This document shows, piece by piece, positions 35,738 to 45,445 of a DNA stretch of 51,192 nucleotides. Origin of the DNA: a virus (lineage: Duplodnaviria > Caudoviricetes); the IMG/VR virus record IMGVR_UViG_3300027863_000050, positions 1 to 51,192 of that record, one strand, 5' to 3'. A model generated the notes under the pieces. That model did not search any database and was not told the DNA's origin. It worked only from the letters and a program-made list of their open reading frames with translations. The position numbers and the translations under genes are program-made. Numbering within the stretch: the stretch's first letter is position 1; the number at the start of each line of letters is the position of its first letter.

Positions 35738-36991
35738 ATGATTCGAGTAGGCGATCCGATCTTTCGGATGCGCGCCGCGGGTCCCGATCCGTGCGCGACG
35801 TTGCCGCCTCCGAATCAGTTGACGATCAGCACCGCGTCGGGGGGATCGCTAACTGGAAACGTCTACACGGTCGGCACGTTTTTAACGCCGTGGGGCGAGA
35901 CGCTACCTTCCTCGGAAACAATGACCTCGATGGGGGCGAACGGCACGCTCAATGTGTCAGCCGTTGTGCCTCCCGGCGCGACCGCCTTTCGGGTCTATTT
36001 TGGCACCACTCCGGGTGGTGAAGCGCAGTATCAGGCGATGGATTTGCTCGCGGCTGGCATTCAGCCCGGGCAGACCGCGACCATCTCCATTTCGGGCTAT
36101 ACCTTAGCGGTTCCTTGCCCGCCGCCTCGACAATCATCCGCCTATCTTCTCGATAGTGACGGCAGTTTTGTAACTGCGAGCGTCGCGTTTCAATGGTTGA
36201 ACCAGGCGCTCAAGCAGATGTGCGTCACCTTGGGCGGGATTCGTGACATTTCGGGCGTTGCGTGGCCTTCGCAGGCAGCGTGGGCGGTTCTGTCGCAACG
36301 CTGGACGGAAATCCAGAATTTTTGGTGGGCAGGCTGGTGGCAGGTCATTGGCGCGCAAGAATATACCTGGCTCATTTCGCCGGTTCAGTCAGTTCCTGGT
36401 TACGTAACCTCATGGGGCACAGCGGGGCAGGACATCGTGGGTTTGTGGCCGCAGCCCGGTCAGGGCCCGGCGACCACTACCTTGACTGCGAATGTCGGGC
36501 TTACCGATCAGGTTCTGAACGTTGCGGCGACCAATACGTTCTTTGTGCCCGGCATGGTTCAGATCGACAACGAGTTCATGCTTGTGTCGAGCTTCAACCA
36601 GGCGGGTAATCAGTTTGTTGGTGTGATTCGCGGGGTTGGTGGCACGGTTGCGGCGACGCATTCGAGCGGCGCGACGGTTACCCAGTTAATTGCGATGTTT
36701 ACGGGGACGCGGCTCGCGCCCGAATTTATGCCCGGCGCGGCCTACAGCTGGCTCCAATTGCCGGCGGGATGGGATGCTCCACTCGATACGTATCTGCTTG
36801 CGCGGTATCGGGAAAAGGAGCAGGACCATCAGGCCGCGACGATGCTTGACCAGAAGTTCATGGCGATGGTTGAGCAATTGCGGTCGAGCCGGGATGCGGT
36901 GCCGAAGAACCGGCAGGTTGGCGACTCGCGGGTGTACGAGGCGTTTGCGGGCTATCGCAGCCAGTTCCCGTTCAGCATTTTGTGGCCGTGA
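35738..36991 (+). CDS. Head-tail adaptor-like virion protein with inserted beta domains
   Basis: WLNQAL and C-terminal helical adaptor-like segments; IDNEFM...RGVGGTVAATHSSGATV structural motif. Confidence 0.55.
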   Translation: MIRVGDPIFRMRAAGPDPCATLPPPNQLTISTASGGSLTGNVYTVGTFLTPWGETLPSSETMTSMGANGTLNVSAVVPPGATAFRVYFGTTPGGEAQYQAMDLLAAGIQPGQTATISISGYTLAVPCPPPRQSSAYLLDSDGSFVTASVAFQWLNQALKQMCVTLGGIRDISGVAWPSQAAWAVLSQRWTEIQNFWWAGWWQVIGAQEYTWLISPVQSVPGYVTSWGTAGQDIVGLWPQPGQGPATTTLTANVGLTDQVLNVAATNTFFVPGMVQIDNEFMLVSSFNQAGNQFVGVIRGVGGTVAATHSSGATVTQLIAMFTGTRLAPEFMPGAAYSWLQLPAGWDAPLDTYLLARYREKEQDHQAATMLDQKFMAMVEQLRSSRDAVPKNRQVGDSRVYEAFAGYRSQFPFSILWP

Positions 36992-36992
36992 T

Positions 36993-38024
36993 ATGAGTTT
37001 CAGCTACAGCTTCGACCCATTCGGACAAAGTGGCGACTCCGCGGCTGGCGGGGGTGCGGCTCCAGCGATGGGCGTCCCACTCTCGCCGACTGGAGAGGTG
37101 CCGATCGTGCCATATGGGGGCGCGCCGCCGGGCGTAACTGGCGGTCTCGGTGCGGCGGGAACGGCAGGTTTTGGCTCGCAACCCGGCGGCGCATACCCCA
37201 CCCCGGGCGGCCAATTTCCCGGCTCGAACATGGTTGGGATGGCTGGCGGCCAGCCGGTTTTTGGCAGCCCGTTCATGGCGTCGTCTAATCCGTTCGGGAT
37301 GCTGAGCAATCTTTTCGGCTTAGGTGGGGGCGGTAGCGGATTGGGCGGCCTGTTGGGCACGCTCGGCAGCGCGTTTGCAGGCGGTCAACTCGGTGGGTTT
37401 GGTGCGGGGCTGCTTGCGCCGCTGTTTGGGTTGAATTCGAGCGGGGCGGGCAGTACGGGTGGTATGGCGGGCGAGATTGCGGGCGGTTTGCTCGGCACTG
37501 CGTTCGGGATGCCGTTTCTCGGCGCAGGCGTTGGCGATCTGCTCGGCAGCCTATTGGGTGACTGGATTGGGGGCGGTTTACCGCGCATGGCAAAACCCGA
37601 AGGCTACGTTCAAGCGCTTATGGCGAGTCACGACCCGTTGCAGATTGCGCTCGCGCAATATCTCCAGAGCGGCTACGGTCGCGGCTACGACTTGTCCGAG
37701 CCGGTTGGGACGCCGTTCAATCCGTCGCTTTTTGGGAACATCGGGGAGCTTGCGGCTCGCGAGCAATTCCCGCTGAATGCACAGGGGCTTTTGTCCTACA
37801 ATGTTGGGTTCCAGCATCCGGTCGGCCTGCATTTCGATACCTTGCAGAAGCTTCTTGCCGAACATCCTGGTTTTCCTGAGGTTACGGCTCAGCAATTGTT
37901 ATCGGTCGAGCCGGAATTGGGATTAATTGCGAATGTGCCGACCCAGGCGCGCGGCACGAATCCGGCGGCCTGGAGCCAAGCGGCACAGTTGTTAAACGAA
38001 CTTAACGCGGCGGAGAGCTACTAA
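36993..38024 (+). CDS. Gly-rich internal virion (ejection) protein
   Basis: Glycine-zipper hydrophobic segments; ATG at 36993. Confidence 0.6.
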   Translation: MSFSYSFDPFGQSGDSAAGGGAAPAMGVPLSPTGEVPIVPYGGAPPGVTGGLGAAGTAGFGSQPGGAYPTPGGQFPGSNMVGMAGGQPVFGSPFMASSNPFGMLSNLFGLGGGGSGLGGLLGTLGSAFAGGQLGGFGAGLLAPLFGLNSSGAGSTGGMAGEIAGGLLGTAFGMPFLGAGVGDLLGSLLGDWIGGGLPRMAKPEGYVQALMASHDPLQIALAQYLQSGYGRGYDLSEPVGTPFNPSLFGNIGELAAREQFPLNAQGLLSYNVGFQHPVGLHFDTLQKLLAEHPGFPEVTAQQLLSVEPELGLIANVPTQARGTNPAAWSQAAQLLNELNAAESY

Positions 38025-38872
38025 TGTCTTGGCTTGATGATTTGGGAGGTATGCTCAGCTCCGGATTGAGCGGGCTGGAAAACCTATTCGGGTTTGGCGG
38101 TGGTTCGGGCAGCAATCCGGTAAATGTGTCGAACATTCTCTTGCCGAATGTTCCTTTTCCGGGTGTTTCAAGCAGCAATCCGGTAAATTTGTGGAACATT
38201 CCCTTGCCGAATCTTTCTCTTCCGGGTGTTTCGGCGCTTGCCAACTCGCAGCAAATGCTCGCCTCTAGCCTTTCGCCCTCGAGTACTGGCGCCTCGTCTC
38301 CTGGCTATGGATATTCGGGCGGGTACGGACCGCCGATCGTGGCCCTTCCGAGCTTAGGCCAGCAACTTGGGATGACCAGCCCGGAATCGATTCTCGCAGC
38401 GCTTGGGATGATAGGGTTCGGCGGTTACGAAGGCTACAACGCGCTTCAACAGCAACTAAACGCCATGAATTTCGCACAAAATCCGGCGGAGATGATGGGG
38501 CGGATACGCGCCTTTGAACAGCCGCTCAGCCAGAACCTGATTCACTCGGTTATGCGGGACATCAATCCGAGCATTGCGGCCCGCGGCCTGGCGACTTCGC
38601 CGGGCATGACCCAGCAAATCACGGCCGAGGCGCTTGCGCCATACGAGATGCAGGAACAACAACAGGCAATCGGGCTGACTGGACAAGGATTGCGTTATCC
38701 GTTTGAGCTCGGGTCTGGTGCGGCGGGATGGTTGCCTAGCGCGCTCTATTCCGGAAGCGCGGCGTTTACTCCGAATCTCACGATAAATCCGCTTTACGAA
38801 ATCCTGTTGATGCAACAGCTTCAGAACGCGCGGCTTCCGATGTTGGGAACTGCGACGGGCGGGACTCCGTAA
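38024..38872 (+). CDS. Internal virion (ejection) protein
   Basis: Gly/Ser/Gln-rich; duplicated SNPVNxxNIxLPNxxxPGVS motif. Confidence 0.55.
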   Translation: MSWLDDLGGMLSSGLSGLENLFGFGGGSGSNPVNVSNILLPNVPFPGVSSSNPVNLWNIPLPNLSLPGVSALANSQQMLASSLSPSSTGASSPGYGYSGGYGPPIVALPSLGQQLGMTSPESILAALGMIGFGGYEGYNALQQQLNAMNFAQNPAEMMGRIRAFEQPLSQNLIHSVMRDINPSIAARGLATSPGMTQQITAEALAPYEMQEQQQAIGLTGQGLRYPFELGSGAAGWLPSALYSGSAAFTPNLTINPLYEILLMQQLQNARLPMLGTATGGTP

Positions 38873-39871
38873 ATGGCTGGCAATTACTTCGATTTTGGGT
38901 TTCGTCAAAGGCAGGCACTTGCCAATCAGCTGGGTGGCATGGCCCTGCGCGCCTGGCTACAGGCGCAAGCAATGCGGGCGGCGCAAGAGCGGGAGAAGGC
39001 GCTGGAAAACTACCGACAGCTGATGCTTGCCCTGGAAGGGCAGCGGGTTGGTGAGTCGCAGAGATACCACAAAGCGAAAGAGAAGGCGGATCGAGAGCGG
39101 GAAAGGAGGTTGGAAAAGTCCGAACAGGCGAACCTTCGTTTGCAATTGGAGCGACTTAGTGAGCAACAGCGACACGACAAAGCGGAAGAAGAAGCTCGCC
39201 GACAGGAACTAAACAGGGTTTTAAGCCCAGGCGTTTTGATGAAAACGAAGGACGGCAGAATTGGCTACCTTGACCAAAGTGGGTTCCACGAAGTCAATCT
39301 GCCCGGCGTAGAGCCATTGGTGAAACATAGTGCTGCGTCAAGGCCTCTAAGTCCAGGTGATATCGTAAGGACAAAAGATGGCAGAATTGGCTTCATTACC
39401 AGGGATGGGCACTTTCAAGAAATCCGAATACCTATTACGGAACGACCGTTCGCGCCTTCTAGTTTAAATCCTGAGCTGGAGAAGCTTCTATCGCCGGCGA
39501 CGCCTATAGCTACCGCTACGCCAGTGGGAAGTATGACACCGCGGCCTACGCCTAGCGCTACGCCCATAGCGCCACGGTCTATGCCCAGTCCTACGCCGTC
39601 GGAAAGTATGACGCCACGACCCATAGCCAGTCCTACGCCATCTCCAGCGCTACCTTCTACCAGCACGTCTATCGCCAAGTTGCTTTCGGGGTTACCCTCT
39701 ACCAGCATTGTGCCGACGGGGGGTGCTCCGAGGACTGTCAATGTACACGGCTTGGGTGCTGGCATGCGAGTTGACACAACTCCAGATGGCCGTCCCGTCT
39801 ATTTATTTACGTCGGGCAAACGGTTAGCGCTAAGGCGCGAAACGTTGCGGGAGCTAAATGCGAACCCTTAA
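38873..39871 (+). CDS. Internal virion protein with coiled coil and Pro/Thr-rich linker
   Basis: Two LSPGxxxxTKDGRIG repeats; PTPS repeats. Confidence 0.55.
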   Translation: MAGNYFDFGFRQRQALANQLGGMALRAWLQAQAMRAAQEREKALENYRQLMLALEGQRVGESQRYHKAKEKADRERERRLEKSEQANLRLQLERLSEQQRHDKAEEEARRQELNRVLSPGVLMKTKDGRIGYLDQSGFHEVNLPGVEPLVKHSAASRPLSPGDIVRTKDGRIGFITRDGHFQEIRIPITERPFAPSSLNPELEKLLSPATPIATATPVGSMTPRPTPSATPIAPRSMPSPTPSESMTPRPIASPTPSPALPSTSTSIAKLLSGLPSTSIVPTGGAPRTVNVHGLGAGMRVDTTPDGRPVYLFTSGKRLALRRETLRELNANP

Positions 39872-42800
39872 TGCCAGCGACTTCGAGCCGGTAGAGACTG
39901 GGGCTATGCGCCCCAAAGCGCTCACGCGGCCTCTGACGGCATCGGACTTTGAGCCGGTAACGCCCACGCCCGCTGAAGGTGGATTTTTGTCACAGGCGCT
40001 TCATCAGATCGGACGTAATCTGACAGATCTGGTCGAGCACCCAATTAGCAGCGCGCTCACAATGATTCCCGGTGAGCCGGAATTTGTGCAAGCCTACCAG
40101 CATGGGCTGACACCGGAGCAGAGAAAACAGTACGTTGAGCCGTTTGGTGCGGGTGACCCCGCGACCCTGATGCGGTTCGGCCTTTACACCGATCCGAAGG
40201 AGTTGGCTGCCGCGCGAGAACGTGTCCGGCAGGCGAACAAAGCAGCGCTGGATAGGTTGCAAGATAGCCCTTTGCGCCGAGCATTGTGGGCAGCGCTCCA
40301 ACCTGGCGCTGCGCCTCTTCAGACTGCTGAATACGCCGTTCTTGGCGGCCTCGGCGGGGGTTTCGGCGAAGGAGTGGGGGAAATTCTTTGGCCCCCGGCT
40401 AAGGGAATTCTTGGGGCTACTGGCGCGGGTGTGGCGCTCAGCGTACCTGCTGCGATGCGCGAGCCTACGGCTGGTAAAGCTGTGGGTGACATTGCTACTG
40501 GCGGTATCCTCGGCGGAACGCTGGGGACTGCGGGGCACGTCTATGGAGCACTTACTAAGCGAGTCAAAGTCCCCGAATCGCCCAAATCTCCCAGGATCAT
40601 TACGTTACACGACTTTGAGGCGGTTTCGCCGCCAGAACCTGGCGTTGAGGGAGCCAAGCCCGTTGCGGCTGAGGCTGCCCCGTCGGAAGTCAAGGCCGCG
40701 CAGCCCAAAGCACCTGAGCTTGCTGCTTCGTCGGAAGCCAAGCCACCACCCAAGCCTGTGGCTAAATCTGCCCTGACAAAGGCTTCACGTACGTTAGGCA
40801 AACTGTCAGATGAACTGAAGGCTTGGATTGCGCCAGAAACCCGGGGACCGACAGCTGCTGATACCGCGCAAGTAATCCGCTCACATGCCGCGGAAAACCG
40901 CGCGACAGCGCTTAGAGAAGCATTTGGAGCGCGGCCTGAACTTAAGGGAAACCCCATAAGCGAGACGGTCGCGGGATTTAGGAGTTATTTCCGGCGGCTT
41001 CCGCCAGCGGAAAGATGGGACTTTGTCCTGAAAATTCAGAAGGGGGAGATAGATAAACTTCCCGAGCCGCTTCAGCCGCTTGCCCGCATCATGCGGCGTG
41101 GATTCGACGAATCGTACAAGCAAATTAACGAGATCAAGGAAGGTGCGCTTTCATACCGCGAGAACTACTTCTCGCAGTTATGGAAAGATCCGGAAAAAGC
41201 GAAGGAGGTGTTTTCCTCAACACCCGCTACGGCCGGCGGCCGGTCTCTTGAGGGCTCGAAATCCTTCATGAAGATGCGCAAGTATCCGACGATCGCCGAT
41301 GGTCTAGCCGCAGGTTTGGAACCGCGGTTTGACAATCCGGTCGACCTGTATCTTGCGGGCATTTATGAACAACGCCGGTTTATCATGGGCCAGCGGATTC
41401 TGCAGACGCTTAAAGACGAAGGTTTGGTCAAGTTCTATCGCATTGGCCAGGCGCCTTCCGGATGGGCGCGCATAGATGACAAGATCGGTACGGTGCGTCA
41501 GTACGTCCCTGGTGAAAAGGGTTACATCGTGCGTGGTTATTACATGGCACCTGAGCCTGCCGCGCGTGTAATCAACAATTTCCTATCCCCGTCGCTGCGC
41601 TCACGTTCAGCGTGGTTCCGTGGCTTTGACACGATAGCTACGGGCATCAATACATTCCGAGTCGGCTTTTCCGCCTTTCATATGATGCTTGAGAGCGTCA
41701 ATGATATGGCAGTCGGAACAGGTCGTGGTGTAGGCCGGGCGATAGGTGCGCTGTTCACAGGCGATGCTGAGCGAGCTTTGCGTAGCTTGAAAGAAATTGG
41801 CGAACGAGGCACGCCATTCGGGGTTTATCGTAACTATGTTACGGGGTCGAAGATTACACGCGCGCTCCTTGAACCCGGAAGCGGAGGCGAGGAGTTCGAG
41901 TACGCACTACAGAACGTCATCCGTGCTGGCGGCTCATTTGGACCGCAGCAGTACGATTCGATGGCTCGGTCGTTTGCGGAAGCCGCCGACGAGGTTGGTC
42001 TGTTCAGTACTCCGCGGTGGGTAATACATCAGGTTAGCCGACCGATAATGGAGTATTTGGTTCCACGGGTAAAGCTCGGTGCATTTTTTCAGCTGTCGGA
42101 AAGTGCGCTGGAAGATGCGGAAATTCGCGCCGGTCGTCCGCTTACTCCCAAGGAACAGATTGCCATACTTCAGCGAACCTGGGACCATGTTGATAACATC
42201 TTCGGACAACTAGCGCGCGACAATCTTTTCATGACGAACGGCATGAAGGATGCGCTGCGCTTGTTCATCTCGTTTCCAGGTTGGAACATCGGTAGCACGC
42301 GCCTCATAGGAGGCGTACTGCGAGGTGCGGGCCGAGTTGGAATTGGTCGCGAGTTGTCTGCCGCAGACCGTGACTCGCTTGAGTTTGCTGCCGGCCTCTT
42401 GCTAACCACCGCGCTCTATCATTTCCTGCTACAATACGCGATGACCGGTCAGTGGCCACAAAGCTGGCGGGACGTGATAATCGGAGCGCGTACTGGTAGG
42501 CTCAACCCGGACGGGAGTCCCGAGCGCGTCCGGCTACCCAGCTATCTCCGCGATGCGGTTGGCCTTAGCCAACATCCCTTGCTCACGATCAAGTCGAAGG
42601 CTTCACCGGGAATTCAGATCATCTCGGATTTGGCTAGTAACCAGAATTATTGGGGCGATGAGATTTATAATCCGCATGACCCGGTCTATCTGAAGGCGAA
42701 GCAGATTGGCGAGTATCTCTCGCAGTACGTCACGCCGTTTTCGATACAAGCGGCGCAACGTGCGCAGGAGCCGGGGGCAAAGGTTCTGTCGTTGTTTGGT

Positions 42801-43271
42801 ATTACGCCAGTGCCGCGTTGGCTGACCGAGTCGCCCGCGCGCGCCTTGCTCGACGAGTATTCCAGGCAAGCCAGGGGTTCGGCTACGCCCGAACAGGTGG
42901 AAATTAGTCGCAAGCGTTCCCAGTTACGGCAGATGCGCCAAAAGGGAGATGTTCAGGCCTTTCGAGCTGCGCTTGCACAGGCACGCAAGAGTTGGCTAAC
43001 TAGGCGCGGGGCTCAGCAGCTTCTTCGGGAGGTGATGGAACCGCCCGGCCTCGAAGCGTTCAAGCATTTAACTCTTGAACAAGCTTTGCAGGTCTATGCG
43101 CTCGCAAACGCGGATGAGCGCAAGCAGTGGACTGGAGCGTTGCTGCATAAGTTGATGCATGCTGATCCGTTAGAGATAGATAATAATCGTGAAGCAATTA
43201 AAGCCGCTCTGGCCACAATTAGGCAGGACAGGGCCAAAATGCCCGCTCCGGCAGCAGCAGGAGCGCCGTGA
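39858..43271 (+). CDS. Large internal virion / DNA ejection protein
   Basis: 1137 aa in the ejection-protein position; NQNYWGDEIY motif typical of such large proteins. Confidence 0.6.
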   Translation: MRTLNASDFEPVETGAMRPKALTRPLTASDFEPVTPTPAEGGFLSQALHQIGRNLTDLVEHPISSALTMIPGEPEFVQAYQHGLTPEQRKQYVEPFGAGDPATLMRFGLYTDPKELAAARERVRQANKAALDRLQDSPLRRALWAALQPGAAPLQTAEYAVLGGLGGGFGEGVGEILWPPAKGILGATGAGVALSVPAAMREPTAGKAVGDIATGGILGGTLGTAGHVYGALTKRVKVPESPKSPRIITLHDFEAVSPPEPGVEGAKPVAAEAAPSEVKAAQPKAPELAASSEAKPPPKPVAKSALTKASRTLGKLSDELKAWIAPETRGPTAADTAQVIRSHAAENRATALREAFGARPELKGNPISETVAGFRSYFRRLPPAERWDFVLKIQKGEIDKLPEPLQPLARIMRRGFDESYKQINEIKEGALSYRENYFSQLWKDPEKAKEVFSSTPATAGGRSLEGSKSFMKMRKYPTIADGLAAGLEPRFDNPVDLYLAGIYEQRRFIMGQRILQTLKDEGLVKFYRIGQAPSGWARIDDKIGTVRQYVPGEKGYIVRGYYMAPEPAARVINNFLSPSLRSRSAWFRGFDTIATGINTFRVGFSAFHMMLESVNDMAVGTGRGVGRAIGALFTGDAERALRSLKEIGERGTPFGVYRNYVTGSKITRALLEPGSGGEEFEYALQNVIRAGGSFGPQQYDSMARSFAEAADEVGLFSTPRWVIHQVSRPIMEYLVPRVKLGAFFQLSESALEDAEIRAGRPLTPKEQIAILQRTWDHVDNIFGQLARDNLFMTNGMKDALRLFISFPGWNIGSTRLIGGVLRGAGRVGIGRELSAADRDSLEFAAGLLLTTALYHFLLQYAMTGQWPQSWRDVIIGARTGRLNPDGSPERVRLPSYLRDAVGLSQHPLLTIKSKASPGIQIISDLASNQNYWGDEIYNPHDPVYLKAKQIGEYLSQYVTPFSIQAAQRAQEPGAKVLSLFGITPVPRWLTESPARALLDEYSRQARGSATPEQVEISRKRSQLRQMRQKGDVQAFRAALAQARKSWLTRRGAQQLLREVMEPPGLEAFKHLTLEQALQVYALANADERKQWTGALLHKLMHADPLEIDNNREAIKAALATIRQDRAKMPAPAAAGAP

Positions 43272-43274
43272 ACC

Positions 43275-43448
43275 ATGCCGCTTACGCCCAAGGACATCGC
43301 GGTTCTTCGGAAATTCCGCAAGCGCTACGGGCGCAAGCGCGGCAAGGACATTTTCTACGCATCGATTCAGAAGGGAACTTTGCGGGGGATTCCTGAATCC
43401 CGCCGCCTGAGACGCAAAATGCGCCGTTCGCGGCGGCGCCTGCGCTAA
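43275..43448 (+). CDS. Very basic small protein (57 aa)
   Basis: Manual translation MPLTPKDIAVLRKFRKRYGRKRGKDIFYASIQKG...RRKMRRSRRRLR. Confidence 0.65.
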   Translation: MPLTPKDIAVLRKFRKRYGRKRGKDIFYASIQKGTLRGIPESRRLRRKMRRSRRRLR

Positions 43449-43459
43449 GGAGAAACGTT

Positions 43460-43657
43460 ATGGCACGTAAGCCGAAACTGGGAAGCGGCGAGCGCTTCAA
43501 AGAGGTCGAGAGAGAGGCTGCCGAGCACGGCGCAAAGAACCCGCGCGCGGTCGCGGCCGCGGTCGGGATGCGCAAGTACGGCAAGCGGAAAATGCGCGAA
43601 CTCGCGATGCGGGGCAAGCGCCGCGCGGCGCGCCGCCGCCACAGCCGTCATCTCTAA
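43460..43657 (+). CDS. Very basic small protein (65 aa)
   Basis: AAGGAG RBS; KLGSGERF...GAKNPRAVAAAVGMRKYGK. Confidence 0.7.
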   Translation: MARKPKLGSGERFKEVEREAAEHGAKNPRAVAAAVGMRKYGKRKMRELAMRGKRRAARRRHSRHL

Positions 43658-43663
43658 AAGGCA

Positions 43664-45445
43664 ATGGCGGGTGGGACTGGAATCCGTACCTTCCGTTTTT
43701 CGGGCTTCGTGGGCGGCGTTAATGCAGCCGCCAACATTTTCGATCAGCCCGTGGGGACGGTTTTGCGCGCGTCGAATCTGGTTGGGACGCGGCGCGGCGG
43801 GTTGCAGACCGTAGATGGATCGCACGTTGTTTCCTCGCCTGCCTCTGGCACGTCGATCAGCCCGATAGTTTTCCTCGGGCGCTACAATCCGAAACTTGGC
43901 GTTGGCGCATCGCGCTTGTTCGCGGTCATGTTGTCGAACGGAACCGCGTCGATTTATGATGCGAACGGATCGACGTATGGACCTACGCCGCTTGGCAGCT
44001 ATCCGAACGCCGGCCCGCTAATCGGCGGGGTTCAGTTCAGCAATTCGTTCTTCTTTGCGCTTGGCCTGAACTCGCCGATTTACGTCTACCAGGGTTCGAG
44101 CGGCCAGATAAGCCCGCTAGTCAATGCCTATCAGGCTACGACCAATTATCCGCCGTGGCTTCCAAGCGTGGCGTATCCGAAGGGCGCGCATGTTTACGCG
44201 ACTTCGGGCGGGACGAATTACATTTTCCGGGCAAAGCATGGTGGCCGTTCGGGGAAAACCGCGCCCGCATGGCCCGCAACGCTCAATGCGCGGGTAAACG
44301 ATCAGGAAATTATCTGGATTAACAAGGGGCCGCTGAACAACGGCGGCCCGACGGGCGCCGCATTCCTGTTCAATCACATGAATTCGTTGTGGGTTTGGGG
44401 GACTGCGGCGACCTACGATTCGACTGGCATCAATGGTCCGGACTCGCTGTGGATGTCGGACGAAGGCCAACCAAGCTGGTTTGATCCATCGAATCAGGCT
44501 TTTATCGGGCAGGGCGATGGCCAGATGCCGATGGGCGGCGCGGTCTGGACCCAGCTTGAGGTCGGAATCCCCGCGAATCCGCAATTGGTTTTATTCAAGT
44601 CTTTGAGCACCTATTCTGTGGTGGGCAGTTTTCCCGCGATCAGCATCCAGGCGATTCCGAACGGGGCGGGTTGTGTCGCGCCGAACACGATCCAGCTTGT
44701 GCCGAATATTGGGATGATGCGGCTGTCAGCCTACGGGGTCGCGGTTTTCACGGGCACGACGGACGTGGTTGAGGCATTTACGGACCCCTTGCGGCCGTAT
44801 TTGTTCGGCGGGGCGTCGGATATCGCGCCGCTCGATTGGGCGAATGTGGCAAACTCAACCGCGCTCCAGACCGTGAACCCGCCGGGCTACCTGCTGTTAG
44901 TCCCGACGGTTGGCAGCAATGGGTTGCTCAATCGCGGGTTTTTCTTCGACCGGATGCTGAAGGCGTGGTTTGTGATTGATTTCCCGTTTCCGCTGAGCGC
45001 GGCGCTGATGGACATTGCGAATCCGGGCGCGGCAGCTTCGCTGGTTGCGGGCGCGCAAGACGGGGTTATTCGCCAAATTTTCGCCGGAGATGAGTACTGG
45101 GACGCTCAGCCGACCACACCAATTGCGTGGTCCGTCAGAACGCCGGTGGCAGGTGCGCCGACGACCCCAATTTTCATCCGCCGCATATTGACCCGCATTC
45201 GCGCGACTGGGACAGGTCCCGCTCTGGTTTCTGCGGCGATGGCCTATGAGCAAGGCAGGGGTGGCGGCCAGGAGTCCACGGGATTGACGCTCGCGATAGA
45301 TACCAACGGGATGACGCAGGCAATCGACGTTGGCCGGACAACCTTGGGTGGGACTTATTTCGATATTTTTGGTTCGGGACGCATGGTACTCGAAGGCCTC
45401 GAATACCAATATGTTCCAAAACCAGTAACGCGGGTGCCAGGCTAA
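43664..45445 (+). CDS. Tail nozzle / stabilisation protein (P22 gp10-like position)
   Basis: FSGFVGGVN N-terminus, beta-propeller-like composition, inserted W-x-P...SG..P.WP carbohydrate-binding-like module. Confidence 0.6.
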   Translation: MAGGTGIRTFRFSGFVGGVNAAANIFDQPVGTVLRASNLVGTRRGGLQTVDGSHVVSSPASGTSISPIVFLGRYNPKLGVGASRLFAVMLSNGTASIYDANGSTYGPTPLGSYPNAGPLIGGVQFSNSFFFALGLNSPIYVYQGSSGQISPLVNAYQATTNYPPWLPSVAYPKGAHVYATSGGTNYIFRAKHGGRSGKTAPAWPATLNARVNDQEIIWINKGPLNNGGPTGAAFLFNHMNSLWVWGTAATYDSTGINGPDSLWMSDEGQPSWFDPSNQAFIGQGDGQMPMGGAVWTQLEVGIPANPQLVLFKSLSTYSVVGSFPAISIQAIPNGAGCVAPNTIQLVPNIGMMRLSAYGVAVFTGTTDVVEAFTDPLRPYLFGGASDIAPLDWANVANSTALQTVNPPGYLLLVPTVGSNGLLNRGFFFDRMLKAWFVIDFPFPLSAALMDIANPGAAASLVAGAQDGVIRQIFAGDEYWDAQPTTPIAWSVRTPVAGAPTTPIFIRRILTRIRATGTGPALVSAAMAYEQGRGGGQESTGLTLAIDTNGMTQAIDVGRTTLGGTYFDIFGSGRMVLEGLEYQYVPKPVTRVPG

